NCBI GenBank assembly: GCA_035479295.1 | Contig: DATIIV010000012.1 | Span: forward strand, 65,010 to 129,009 | Reading direction: 5' to 3' | Length of the DNA: 64,000 nucleotides | From: Candidatus Saccharimonadia bacterium | GTDB lineage: Bacteria > Patescibacteriota > Saccharimonadia > UBA4664 | Shown here: piece after piece, positions 18,836 through 27,259 of the stretch | Layout of the letters: each line of letters begins with the position of its first letter | How positions within the stretch are numbered: the stretch's first letter is position 1 | Made by a program: the position numbers and the translations under genes | Notes under the pieces: generated by a model | Seen by the model: the letters and a program-made list of their open reading frames with translations, nothing else | Told to the model about the DNA's origin: nothing | Database searches by the model: none

Positions 18836-19147
18836 ATGCAGTTCTTTCTCCCTCACGCCGGCAGCGAGCCCGAGGTGGCCTACCAGCGCATCGTGGCGAT
18901 ACTCAAGAGCCAGTTTCGGCTGCCGATCATGGAACGCCGCATCTTTAGCCTGCGCTATACCAATAGCAAGCGGCGTTGGCGAGCCGAGGTGGGAGAGCTG
19001 GAGCAGCAAGAAGGATTGTACGAGATTTTGGCGATTTTTGAGTCCAAATCGTACATTATTTACACTCGCACCCGCGGTGGCAACGCCGGACCCATCATTA
19101 TGGTGGCCAAGGACGAGGTGACCGCGGTGGAGGAGTTTACCGACTAG
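18836..19147 (+). CDS. hypothetical protein
   Basis: ATG at 18836 lies 23 nt after the RRM gene stop. The 103-aa product is followed by a 14-bp hairpin. Confidence 0.5.
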   Translation: MQFFLPHAGSEPEVAYQRIVAILKSQFRLPIMERRIFSLRYTNSKRRWRAEVGELEQQEGLYEILAIFESKSYIIYTRTRGGNAGPIIMVAKDEVTAVEEFTD

Positions 19148-19167
19148 CTTGCAAGGCTGATTGTGTG

Positions 19168-19200
19168 CAGAAAATGCCGTCGAAGAGACGGCATTTTCTG
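19168..19200 (+). terminator. hairpin terminator
   Basis: CAGAAAATGCCGTC-GAAGA-GACGGCATTTTCTG: a perfect 14-bp stem. Confidence 0.6.
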
Positions 19201-19316
19201 TGTGTAATCTGTTGAGCTTGGTGTGGCGGGCCGTCATGATGGGCGATGTGAGGGGCAGCCGAGAACGAGGCGGCTTCTCATGCTCCCTAACTGTCCGACC
19301 GGCCGAAAGGCGAGGC

Positions 19317-21008
19317 ATGCGTAAGCAAATCTGGATGGCTCTGGGGGTGGCAGCAGTGTTGCTACTGCCAACCTGGGCGCCGGCGGCCGCGGCGGCCGAA
19401 CCACCACCGGCTTCGTCGATCGTGTGGCACAACTGCGCGCCGCCACCACTCGACATTCCCGATGGCGGCCAGAAGTGCGGCGAGATCGATGTGCCGCTGA
19501 ACTACCAGGACCCTCGCGGGACTCACATCGAGGTAGCGGTCTCGCGCATCGCGGCGGCCAACCCAACCAAGCGGCGCGGCGTGTTGCTGGTGAATCCGGG
19601 CGGCCCCGGCGGCTCGGGCCTGGATCTGCCGCGCGAGCTGAGTCTGTTGATGGACTCAGCGGTGCTCGATGCTTACGACATCGTGGGCTTCGATCCGCGC
19701 GGAGTGGGGCAGAGTACCCCGCTCACCTGTGGACTGACGGCGCTGCAAGCCAACCAAGCGCTGCCGCCGCTGATGCAGGATCACCGCTTTAGTGCCACCG
19801 CCACCTTTGTGCACCAGGTGGCCGACCAGTGCGCGGTGGACGGCGGCCAGATCATGCCGTACATGAACACGGCTAACACGGCCCGCGACATGGACCAGAT
19901 TCGGCGAGCGCTGGGTGAGCCCAAGATTAGTTACCTGGGGTACTCGTACGGCACGTATCTGGGCATGGTGTACGCGATGCTCTTTTCGCAGCACACCGAC
20001 CGCATGGTGATCGACAGCAACGTGGATCCAGACTGGACCTGGCGGGAGCAGTTTAACCAGTGGGGTCCAGCCGGCGCCGCGCGGTTCCCGGACTTTGCCC
20101 GGTTTGCGGCTGCCAATGATGCCACCCTACATTTGGGAGCCACGCCGGCCGCGGTGACCAACAAGTACTATCAGCTGTCGAATCAGTTGGCGGCCCATCC
20201 TCTGATGCTGCCAGATGGCACTATTCTGAACGACGCCTTCTTTTGCGAAGTTGTGTTTAGCTCTCTCTACAGCGATAGCTCATTCCCGTTCCTAGCTATG
20301 CTGTGGCAGGAGCTGAGCCAGCCGGTACTGCCGGGCGGGGCGGCGATTCAGAATACGTTGGGCGGGCTCGTGGGGCCAAGGCCGCTGGCCGGTGGACCCA
20401 CTCCGCCGCTCGTGCCGGTGGACAATCCGGTGGCCTCGGGTCTGGCGGTACTATGCAACGATGTGGCTTGGCCGCGCAATACGGCTGGGCTGCCGGATCC
20501 GGCGCATAACGTCGCCAGCTACGAGTTGGACCTGGGGCTCAGCATGGCTGCTTATCCCATGTTCGGGGCGCTCGGTCGCAACATTTGGCCCTGCGCCTAC
20601 TGGAAGAGTCCGCCAGTGGAGCCGTCGGTGCAGATTTCGGGTACCGGGCCACGCAACATTCTGATGATCCAGAATGTGCGCGACCCTGCCACGGCTTACA
20701 GCGGCGCCGTGGAGGCGCGCCAACTGCTCGGCCACCGCGCCAGCCTGGTAACGGTGCAGCAGGGCGGCCACGGTGCGGCCTACCTTACGCTCAGTCAGTG
20801 CGCTAGCGATGCCGCTACGCGCTGGCTAGTCAACGGCCTGATGCCGCCACCCAGCGGCCAGACCTGTCCGCCGCCGGGGCTCACCGCCTCGCCGCACGCC
20901 GCGCTCAGCTCTGAGGCCCCCACGCGTGGTGCAGTTGGTCCTGCCGCGACCAGCGCCCGCACCACGGCCATCCGACTCATTCAGGAGGTGATGCGACCAA
21001 GGTTCTAA
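19317..21008 (+). CDS. secreted alpha/beta hydrolase, tripeptidyl-aminopeptidase (S33, TAP-like) family
   Basis: Signal peptide MRKQIWMALGVAAVLLLPTWAPAAAAA. Oxyanion region VNPGGPGGSG. Nucleophile elbow GYSYGTYLG. The C-terminal NVRDPATAY...GGHG region is typical of TAP-like C-terminal domains. Confidence 0.8.
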   Translation: MRKQIWMALGVAAVLLLPTWAPAAAAAEPPPASSIVWHNCAPPPLDIPDGGQKCGEIDVPLNYQDPRGTHIEVAVSRIAAANPTKRRGVLLVNPGGPGGSGLDLPRELSLLMDSAVLDAYDIVGFDPRGVGQSTPLTCGLTALQANQALPPLMQDHRFSATATFVHQVADQCAVDGGQIMPYMNTANTARDMDQIRRALGEPKISYLGYSYGTYLGMVYAMLFSQHTDRMVIDSNVDPDWTWREQFNQWGPAGAARFPDFARFAAANDATLHLGATPAAVTNKYYQLSNQLAAHPLMLPDGTILNDAFFCEVVFSSLYSDSSFPFLAMLWQELSQPVLPGGAAIQNTLGGLVGPRPLAGGPTPPLVPVDNPVASGLAVLCNDVAWPRNTAGLPDPAHNVASYELDLGLSMAAYPMFGALGRNIWPCAYWKSPPVEPSVQISGTGPRNILMIQNVRDPATAYSGAVEARQLLGHRASLVTVQQGGHGAAYLTLSQCASDAATRWLVNGLMPPPSGQTCPPPGLTASPHAALSSEAPTRGAVGPAATSARTTAIRLIQEVMRPRF

Positions 21009-21043
21009 GCCAGTAGTTCAATACGCAGACAGTGCAAACACAG

Positions 21044-21076
21044 CCCTGCTGGGACTTCGGTTCCAGCAGGGTCTTT
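21044..21076 (+). terminator. intrinsic terminator
   Basis: CCCTGCTGGGA-CTTCGG-TTCCAGCAGGG followed by TCTTTG. Confidence 0.6.
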
Positions 21077-21252
21077 GCTTGGCCATAGTAACAGCACCAT
21101 TCTTTTCATTTGGAAATATTGACAGCTTCTTGATAGCATTCTACGAGCCAACAAATTTTACTCAAGAACGGAGCGCAATTTTGGGAATAGTCTCCTAACA
21201 TACAACTTATGCTTATAAGTATGATGCTCCCGTACTAACCAGGAGACCGTTC

Positions 21253-22347
21253 ATGAAAAAACTGACCATAAAATTAATGCTGGCCCAGCTGCTAGCCATC
21301 GGTTCGCTGATGGTGGCCGGTCTTGGCACCGCCTCGGCCGCCACGCCCAATGCAGCGGCTGCGCTTAAGGCTACGCCCAGCGCCCCCGCGGCCGACCGCA
21401 ATGCGCTGCTCGCCCCCAGCCTAGCCAAGCCCCACGCGGTGGCCTCGCCGGCTATCACCTACACCGTGAGTCTAACTGCCAGCTCGACCTCGCTCTGGCC
21501 CACGCAGTACACCACGCTAACTGCCACCACCAACTCCAACGTCGGCCCGACGCCGTACTACCTGGAGATCTTCGACGCCAGCACCGGCGGCTCGGTGGCC
21601 ATCTGTGGCACCGGCACTACCTGTAGCGCCTCGGTAACGCAGACGGCTGCCACCACCCACTACTACCGGGCGTATGTGGCGTACTACTCGACCACCAATC
21701 CGCCGACCGGCATTCAGGCCGCCAGCGGCTACGTGGGTGTCACTTGGAAGAGCGTGGGCGTTACGCTGAGCGTTAATCCCAGCACCGTCAACGTGGGCGC
21801 CAGCAGCACGCTGAGCACCGTGACCACGGCCGACATCGGCCCCAGCCCGTTCTGGACTCAGATCTTTGACCTCAACACCGGCGCTCGTGTGGGCGTGTGT
21901 GGCTTTGGCACCACTTGCTCGGCTACGGTGAGCCAATCGGTGGCCACCACGCACAAGTTCGTGGCCTACGTGGCCAGCTACGGCACCAGCCTGCCGCTAG
22001 CTAATGTGCAAGCTACCTCGCTGGCCAACTATGTGACCTGGTCGAACGCCGGCTACCGCCTAAGCCTCACGACCACGCGCACCAGCGTTGGCCACGACAC
22101 CGTGACGGCTACGAGCAACATCAACGTTGGCCCGACGCCTTGGTACATCGAGATTTTTAACGTCAACACCGGCGCCCGCATCGCGGTCTGTGGCTTTGGT
22201 ACCACCTGCTCGGCCAATGTGGCGTTGAACTACGGTGCCAACAACTTCGTGGCCTTCACCTCGTCGTACGACACGGCGCTGCCGCCGGCCAACATCCAGG
22301 CCAGCTCCAAGGTAGTGACGGACAACTACTTCATCTTCATTCCGTAA
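21253..22347 (+). CDS. secreted protein made of three ~98-aa tandem repeat domains
   Basis: RBS AGGAGA. Signal peptide ending ASA|ATP. Three repeats each contain GP(T/S)P(Y/F/W)(Y/W).(E/Q)IF(D/N)..TG....(I/V)CG.GTTCSA. Confidence 0.8.
   Translation: MKKLTIKLMLAQLLAIGSLMVAGLGTASAATPNAAAALKATPSAPAADRNALLAPSLAKPHAVASPAITYTVSLTASSTSLWPTQYTTLTATTNSNVGPTPYYLEIFDASTGGSVAICGTGTTCSASVTQTAATTHYYRAYVAYYSTTNPPTGIQAASGYVGVTWKSVGVTLSVNPSTVNVGASSTLSTVTTADIGPSPFWTQIFDLNTGARVGVCGFGTTCSATVSQSVATTHKFVAYVASYGTSLPLANVQATSLANYVTWSNAGYRLSLTTTRTSVGHDTVTATSNINVGPTPWYIEIFNVNTGARIAVCGFGTTCSANVALNYGANNFVAFTSSYDTALPPANIQASSKVVTDNYFIFIP
21454..22323 (+). repeat. 3 x ~294-nt in-frame tandem coding repeat
   Basis: The repeat landmarks GPTPYYLEIFD (aa 98), GPSPFWTQIFD (aa 196) and GPTPWYIEIFN (aa 293) give a 97-98 aa period. 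Each unit has a CG.GTTCS pair of cysteines. Confidence 0.75.
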
Positions 22348-22372
22348 GCTGATCTTGGCTTCGTAATGTAGC

Positions 22373-22398
22373 AAGGCTCCCCTGACGAGGGGAGCCTT
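22373..22398 (+). terminator. hairpin terminator
   Basis: AAGGCTCCCC-TGACGA-GGGGAGCCTT, then CGCGTTTGCG. Confidence 0.55.
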
Positions 22399-22457
22399 CG
22401 CGTTTGCGTGAGGCTGAGGTGGTTGTTAGGATAGGAAGAACTAAGAGGGTCAAGGTA

Positions 22458-23480
22458 ATGCCGATAATGCCACGAGTAAGCCAAGCACACATCGGCATGG
22501 TCGATGCTGGCGGCACCCACACGCGGGTGGTGGTAGCGACCGAGTCTGGCCGCGAGGTGTACGCCGAGGTGTTTGCGAGTCATGAGTATGCCGGCCTGGA
22601 TGAGGTACTGACGACGGCGTTTGAGGCGGCGGGTGTGGTGCCGGGGCGAATGGCCTTTGGTCTGGCTGGGCCGTACAATAGTGAGCGTGGCCGGCTGCGG
22701 TTTGGTAACCGGCCCGAGTGGCCCGACTTTGATCTGGCCGCCACTGAGCAGCGCTGGGGCTGCCGCGGCCGGGTCTGCAACGATGTGGAGTTGCAGGCGG
22801 CGGCCGCGGCTGCTACGGCGCCGGAACATTTGGTTACCCTCAAGCCGGGCCGCCTCTGGCCAGCCGGTCGCACCGTGGTGCTAACGCTTAGCACCGGGCT
22901 AGGCGTGGCCTTGGCCGAGGCCGGGCACACCATCGCCACTGAGTTTGGCTCCGAGGGCGTGGTGCCGCTGACCGACGACGAGGCCGACCTTGCTCGGTTC
23001 GTGGCGGCCGACGGCGGCACACCGTATGCACCCATCGGCGGCATTCTCGATGGCGGCAGCGGTTTTGGCCGGGCGCACGCCTGGCTGCTGGCTCGCGGCG
23101 AGCACCCGGCCGCAGCTACCCGGGCCCAGCTGGACAAGCTGCGGGCGGCCGGCGCCGATCCCGGTCCCGCCATTACCGCCGCGGCCGCCCACGATCCCTT
23201 TGCCGGCCGCATTATGCGCACCATGGGCGGCTTGTACGGCACCTACCTGCGCCAGCTCATGAACGCGCTGCAGCCCACCGCCGGCCTGCACCTAGTGGGT
23301 GCCGTCAATCAAGCAGCGGCCGAGTTCTGGGCCGATCCAGCGCATTCGCCGCTCCTCGAGCGCCTAACCGACCCTCGCCTTGATTATGCCGACGAAGTAG
23401 CCGGCTTCACCCTCATCCTTAATCGTGATCCCCAATTGGCTCGCCGCGGTGGTTTGGCGCTAGCTCGGTCTATTACGTAG
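22458..23480 (+). CDS. glk: glucokinase-family (Glk-like, ASKHA fold) sugar kinase
   Basis: Phosphate-1 motif MVDAGGTHTRV (compare E. coli GDVGGTNAR), then NDVELQA (NDF.A), STGLGVA (GTGLGV), and the C-terminal LVGAVN. Start is ATG 22458 or 22467. Confidence 0.6.
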   Translation: MPIMPRVSQAHIGMVDAGGTHTRVVVATESGREVYAEVFASHEYAGLDEVLTTAFEAAGVVPGRMAFGLAGPYNSERGRLRFGNRPEWPDFDLAATEQRWGCRGRVCNDVELQAAAAAATAPEHLVTLKPGRLWPAGRTVVLTLSTGLGVALAEAGHTIATEFGSEGVVPLTDDEADLARFVAADGGTPYAPIGGILDGGSGFGRAHAWLLARGEHPAAATRAQLDKLRAAGADPGPAITAAAAHDPFAGRIMRTMGGLYGTYLRQLMNALQPTAGLHLVGAVNQAAAEFWADPAHSPLLERLTDPRLDYADEVAGFTLILNRDPQLARRGGLALARSIT

Positions 23481-23530
23481 CTTCGGTGCGTCCGCCAAAC
23501 CACTTACGCAAGTAGTGCTATACTTTAGGC

Positions 23531-24283
23531 ATGGCCATTCCAATTCCTCTTACCGGAATCTCTCAGCTTCTCGACTGCATCTTTCTGTTTGTAGCCTGGA
23601 GTTTAGTGGGTCAGCGCCTTAAGCAGGCCGGCGACCAAGCTATCATCACGGTTGGCCATATTTACCGCTACTTTGGCTATTTTGTTCTTTTTAATATCTT
23701 CATGACACTACCATACGCGGTGCTCTACCTTCGCCCGGACTGGTTTCCGGCCGCTATGGGCTGGGGGTATGTGGTGGCTAATATATTCTTGGTTATCTCG
23801 CTCTCTCATTTGTCGCGAATGGTGGCGCAAATGGTGCCGCAGTGGAGCAGCAAAGAACCCCTCATTCATGGTCTTTGGGTGGTGATTAATGTGGTCCTGA
23901 CCGGCCTTAATGTGGTGTATGTGGCTATTCTGGCCCAGCCGGGCTACGATAACGCCAGCGGCGTGACGCGGTTCCACATCCCCGGCGGCCTGGGCGCCAC
24001 GCTGGGCATGATTAGCCTCTTGGCTTACTTGCCGGCGCTCGTGCTCTTCGTTATGAACGCCGTTAAGGGCCACGGTGATCAGCGCCGTCGATCGATCTTG
24101 CTGGCGGCCGGTATGCTGCTTATTATGGTGGTGGGGCCGCTGCACGCGGTAGCCGCTAACTGGGAGGTATTTTTGCTAGCCGACGCCCTCAATGTCGTCA
24201 GCTTGGTGCTATTAGCCGGCGGCGTGCTGTATCGTATTGGCTCCAGCCTGGCCGCTTCGCCCCAGCCGGCTTCGGTCCGCTAG
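23531..24283 (+). CDS. 7-TM membrane protein, unknown family (paralog 1)
   Basis: Seven hydrophobic helices in 250 aa. Colinear similarity to the next gene: W..GQR(L/M)(K/R)Q, (A/M)(M/A)(G)WGYVV..IFL, F(V/I)(M/V)NA(V/F)K..G..R.RS..L, GPLH.VA.NW, L.AD.....S.....G.G(V)(L/V)YR(I/L). Confidence 0.75.
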   Translation: MAIPIPLTGISQLLDCIFLFVAWSLVGQRLKQAGDQAIITVGHIYRYFGYFVLFNIFMTLPYAVLYLRPDWFPAAMGWGYVVANIFLVISLSHLSRMVAQMVPQWSSKEPLIHGLWVVINVVLTGLNVVYVAILAQPGYDNASGVTRFHIPGGLGATLGMISLLAYLPALVLFVMNAVKGHGDQRRRSILLAAGMLLIMVVGPLHAVAANWEVFLLADALNVVSLVLLAGGVLYRIGSSLAASPQPASVR

Positions 24284-24347
24284 CTTTTTCTAGCTTTGGG
24301 TCGCTTCATCCATTAGAATAAGCGTAATAAGACAGGAAAAAGGCTTC

Positions 24348-25106
24348 ATGGACATCCCATTAACCGCCATAACAACCGCCATCGGCGTCCTCGTCATGTT
24401 TGGCGCCTGGTTCTTTGTGGGGCAGCGCATGAGGCAGAGCCACGTCGCCGTTCTGCGCCCCGTGCAGCTGTTCAACCAATTCTTTTTGAGCATGGCCGTC
24501 TTCTTTACCATCATGGCCGTGCCGCATATCTGGCTGTTCATCGACCCGAGCCAGTTCCCGATCTGGATGGCCTGGGGTTATGTGGTTGGCCACATTTTCT
24601 TGTACCTGGCCTTCATTAATATCATCCGCATGACCTTTACCATCGTGCCCAAGCTGACGCCCAAGGCGCCGTTGGCCGTAGGGGCCGCTATCGTCGTTAC
24701 CGTGGCGGTCACCATCATTAATGCCGTTACTATGATCTTTGGCACGCGCCCCAGCTACGACTACGTGCAGCATGTCACCCAGTTTAACGCCTCGCCGATT
24801 GTGGGCGCTTCCATTGGGATCTTTGCGGCGCTGGCGGTCTTTCCGCCGGCCATCTTATTTATTGTTAACGCCTTTAAGGCGCAGGGCAATCGGCGGGTGC
24901 GGTCGCTCATTCTGGGCATTGGGCTCATTTTGCTTATGACGGCTGGCCCACTGCACGATGTGGCCAAGAACTGGCAGACTTACATGCTGGCTGATATCTT
25001 CTCGATCTTGAGCATCATCGTCACCGGCACCGGCGTCGTCTACCGCCTGGAGCAGAGCCTCACCGTGGAGCCGCAGCCCGTGCCCGCCCCTACAGCTGGT
25101 CGATGA
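24348..25106 (+). CDS. 7-TM membrane protein, unknown family (paralog 2)
   Basis: 252 aa with the same helix pattern and motifs as 23531..24283. The 3' end overlaps the convergent histidine kinase gene by 17 nt. Confidence 0.75.
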   Translation: MDIPLTAITTAIGVLVMFGAWFFVGQRMRQSHVAVLRPVQLFNQFFLSMAVFFTIMAVPHIWLFIDPSQFPIWMAWGYVVGHIFLYLAFINIIRMTFTIVPKLTPKAPLAVGAAIVVTVAVTIINAVTMIFGTRPSYDYVQHVTQFNASPIVGASIGIFAALAVFPPAILFIVNAFKAQGNRRVRSLILGIGLILLMTAGPLHDVAKNWQTYMLADIFSILSIIVTGTGVVYRLEQSLTVEPQPVPAPTAGR

Positions 25107-26754
25107 GCGTCGACACCTCGGCCTCGACTACCTTGGCGTGGTCGCGCTGCAGCTGGCTAAACGGTGGCACTTCTAGGTAAAAGGTCGAGCCATGGTTGAG
25201 CGTACTCTTGCACCAGACCTTGGCGTTGAGTCGCTCGGCCAGCTCGAGGCAGAGGTACAGGCCGAGGCCGGTGCCGCCGGTCTCGCGAGTCCGGTAGTCC
25301 TCTGAGCGGTAGAATTTGGTGAATAAGTGGCGCTGGTCGCTGGCCGAGATGCCGATGCCGCTATCTTGCACGGCAAAGAGTACGCCGCCGTTTTGGCTTG
25401 GTGCAGCCTTAACAATGATGCCGCCCTCCTGGGTGTACTTCATGGCGTTGGTCAGGTAGTTCTGTAGCACCTCATGAATGTGGTGCTCGGTGGAGAGTAT
25501 GGAGGGTGTGTTGGGCAGCAACACGAGCTTGAGCGACAGGTTCTTCTCCTTGGCCTGGGGCATAAAGTCGTTGACCAACTGTTCGAGCAACAGCTTGGGA
25601 TTAACTGGCCGCAGCTGAATCGGAATAGTATCGTCTTGGGCCTGCGACAGGGTGGTGAGGTCGCGCACGATGCTGCCCAAAAAGACCGTATTGCGGTGCG
25701 CCTGCTCGAGCAAGAGGGTCAGCTGTGACGATAGCTGAGGCTTGGCTAGTAGGGCCGTTGATAGTGCGGCTTCCACAATAGTGAGCGGCGTGCGCAGTTC
25801 GTGCGAGGCCACGGCGATAAACTCTTCGCGCTGCTGATCGAGCGACTTCTCCTTGGTAATATCGCGGCCCACGATAATGTAGTTGATGGCGCCGGCCGCC
25901 CCCAACCGCACAGGCGTAATACTAATATCTAGGTCGGTGATGCTGCCGTCGGGGGCCGCATAGCCCAGATCGCGGCGCTGTTGAGGATCGGTGTTGCCTT
26001 GGGCGAGCTCTACCAGGGAGACGGCCTGCTTGGAGCGGCGCTGGAGCGGCAGTACCTTGGTGAGGTCGCGGCCGCGCAGCTCACCTTTGGCGCTCACGAG
26101 CGCTTGGGCGGCTCCATTGTGCAGAATAATCCGGCCGCGGTCATCAATCATAAAGATGGCGTCGTTGAGGCTATTAACCAGATTGAGCAATCGCTCGCGC
26201 TCGGTCTGGTTGTCGCGACTCAGCGCCTCTAGCTCGTGGCGCTCTTGGCGCTCGGCCCGCGTGAGCCGCTCCACAAATACTCCAATGATCAGCAGTACGA
26301 GCAGACTAATGGCGATGGTGCGCGGTTCGCTTAAGCTTAGGGGTTTGAAGGGCGCCCACATGGCGGTCGGAATCAGGGCTAAGGCTTGGCCGGCAATAAC
26401 GCCGAGTGAGCCGCGCAGACCATACCAATACGCCGCCGAGATAATCATAAAGACCAGAAAGGCCGAGTAGGGGGTGGAGATGCTCCCCACCAGGAGCAGC
26501 AGTGCCGCCACAAACAAGTTATCGAGCACGAGCATGGTAATGCGCGACGAGAGCAGGCGCAATCGGCCAAAGTTGGGCAGATAGTGCAGCATGTTGTAGG
26601 CCGCCGACACGCACATGAGGCCGTATAAGAACAGGCTCTGGGGCTGATCTGGCGGTATCGTAATGAGCGCCGTGCCGATGGTGAGCCAACGCACCTGGCG
26701 CGTTACGCGCTCGTAGTTGGCGGCTTTGTGGAGGGCTCGACCGTGGTTGTCCAT
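25090..26754 (-). CDS. sensor histidine kinase (multi-TM N-terminus, PAS-like, HisKA, HATPase_c)
   Basis: H-box FIAVASHELRTPLT, N-box LQNYLTNAMKYT, G1 VQDSGIGI, G2 GGTGLGLYLC. Five or six N-terminal TM helices. A PAS-like segment (IFMIDDRGRIILHNGAAQ). Confidence 0.9.
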   Translation of the reverse strand: MDNHGRALHKAANYERVTRQVRWLTIGTALITIPPDQPQSLFLYGLMCVSAAYNMLHYLPNFGRLRLLSSRITMLVLDNLFVAALLLLVGSISTPYSAFLVFMIISAAYWYGLRGSLGVIAGQALALIPTAMWAPFKPLSLSEPRTIAISLLVLLIIGVFVERLTRAERQERHELEALSRDNQTERERLLNLVNSLNDAIFMIDDRGRIILHNGAAQALVSAKGELRGRDLTKVLPLQRRSKQAVSLVELAQGNTDPQQRRDLGYAAPDGSITDLDISITPVRLGAAGAINYIIVGRDITKEKSLDQQREEFIAVASHELRTPLTIVEAALSTALLAKPQLSSQLTLLLEQAHRNTVFLGSIVRDLTTLSQAQDDTIPIQLRPVNPKLLLEQLVNDFMPQAKEKNLSLKLVLLPNTPSILSTEHHIHEVLQNYLTNAMKYTQEGGIIVKAAPSQNGGVLFAVQDSGIGISASDQRHLFTKFYRSEDYRTRETGGTGLGLYLCLELAERLNAKVWCKSTLNHGSTFYLEVPPFSQLQRDHAKVVEAEVSTLIDQL

Positions 26755-26757
26755 GGG

Positions 26758-27165
26758 CTACTCAGACTCGAGCGTCGGCGCCTCTTTGGCCGGCAGGTTC
26801 AGGTGCTGGCGCAGGCGAGCCATGACATCGGCAATAACGACCTGCGACTTCACCAGATAATCGTCGGCACCCAGCTCTTTGGCCCGGGCCTGATCGTTGG
26901 CTTGACCCAGCGCCGACAGAATCACGATCTTAATGCGGCTCGTCTCGGGCGTATGGCGCAGAATATCCAGCACGTCAAAGCCGTTGAGGCGCGGCATCAT
27001 AATATCGAGCAGGATCAGATTGGGCTTAAAGTCGCGGGCAGCCTGCAGCGCCTCTTCGCCATTACTGCAATGCTTTACCTCGAAGCCCTCGGCCTCCATG
27101 CGCATTTGGTAGAGGCTGGCTAGGGTGAGGTCGTCTTCGACCAGTAGGATGCGGGGTTGACTCAT
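26758..27165 (-). CDS. receiver-only (CheY-like) response regulator
   Basis: ILLVEDD, phospho-acceptor context LILLDIMMPRLNGFDVL, IVILSAL, and DDYLVKS (conserved Lys). At 135 aa there is no output domain. Confidence 0.9.
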   Translation of the reverse strand: MSQPRILLVEDDLTLASLYQMRMEAEGFEVKHCSNGEEALQAARDFKPNLILLDIMMPRLNGFDVLDILRHTPETSRIKIVILSALGQANDQARAKELGADDYLVKSQVVIADVMARLRQHLNLPAKEAPTLESE

Positions 27166-27259
27166 AGGTTCCTCTTAATCGTGGCCGGCCTCAAGCCGGT
27201 AACGCTTTCTGAAATTATTTTACCATGCCGAAGCCATGGGGCAATTGGGTGATTGGCGA

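Noticed and set aside
22580-23242. Long antisense or alternative-frame ORFs in the glucokinase-like, zwf (33079..33837), kinase B (54589..55305), atpA (62855..63551) and atpD (60739..61248) genes
   Set aside because: In each case a different frame or strand has unambiguous family motifs. The alternative products are Arg/Pro/Ala/Gly-rich, as expected for off-frame translation of GC-rich DNA.
23531-25106. The possibility that the two ~250-aa 7-TM proteins are microbial rhodopsins or heliorhodopsins
   Set aside because: Neither has a lysine in the seventh helix (VFLLADALNVVSLVLLAGGVLY / TYMLADIFSILSIIVTGTGVVY) to form a retinal Schiff base, and no rhodopsin motifs were seen.
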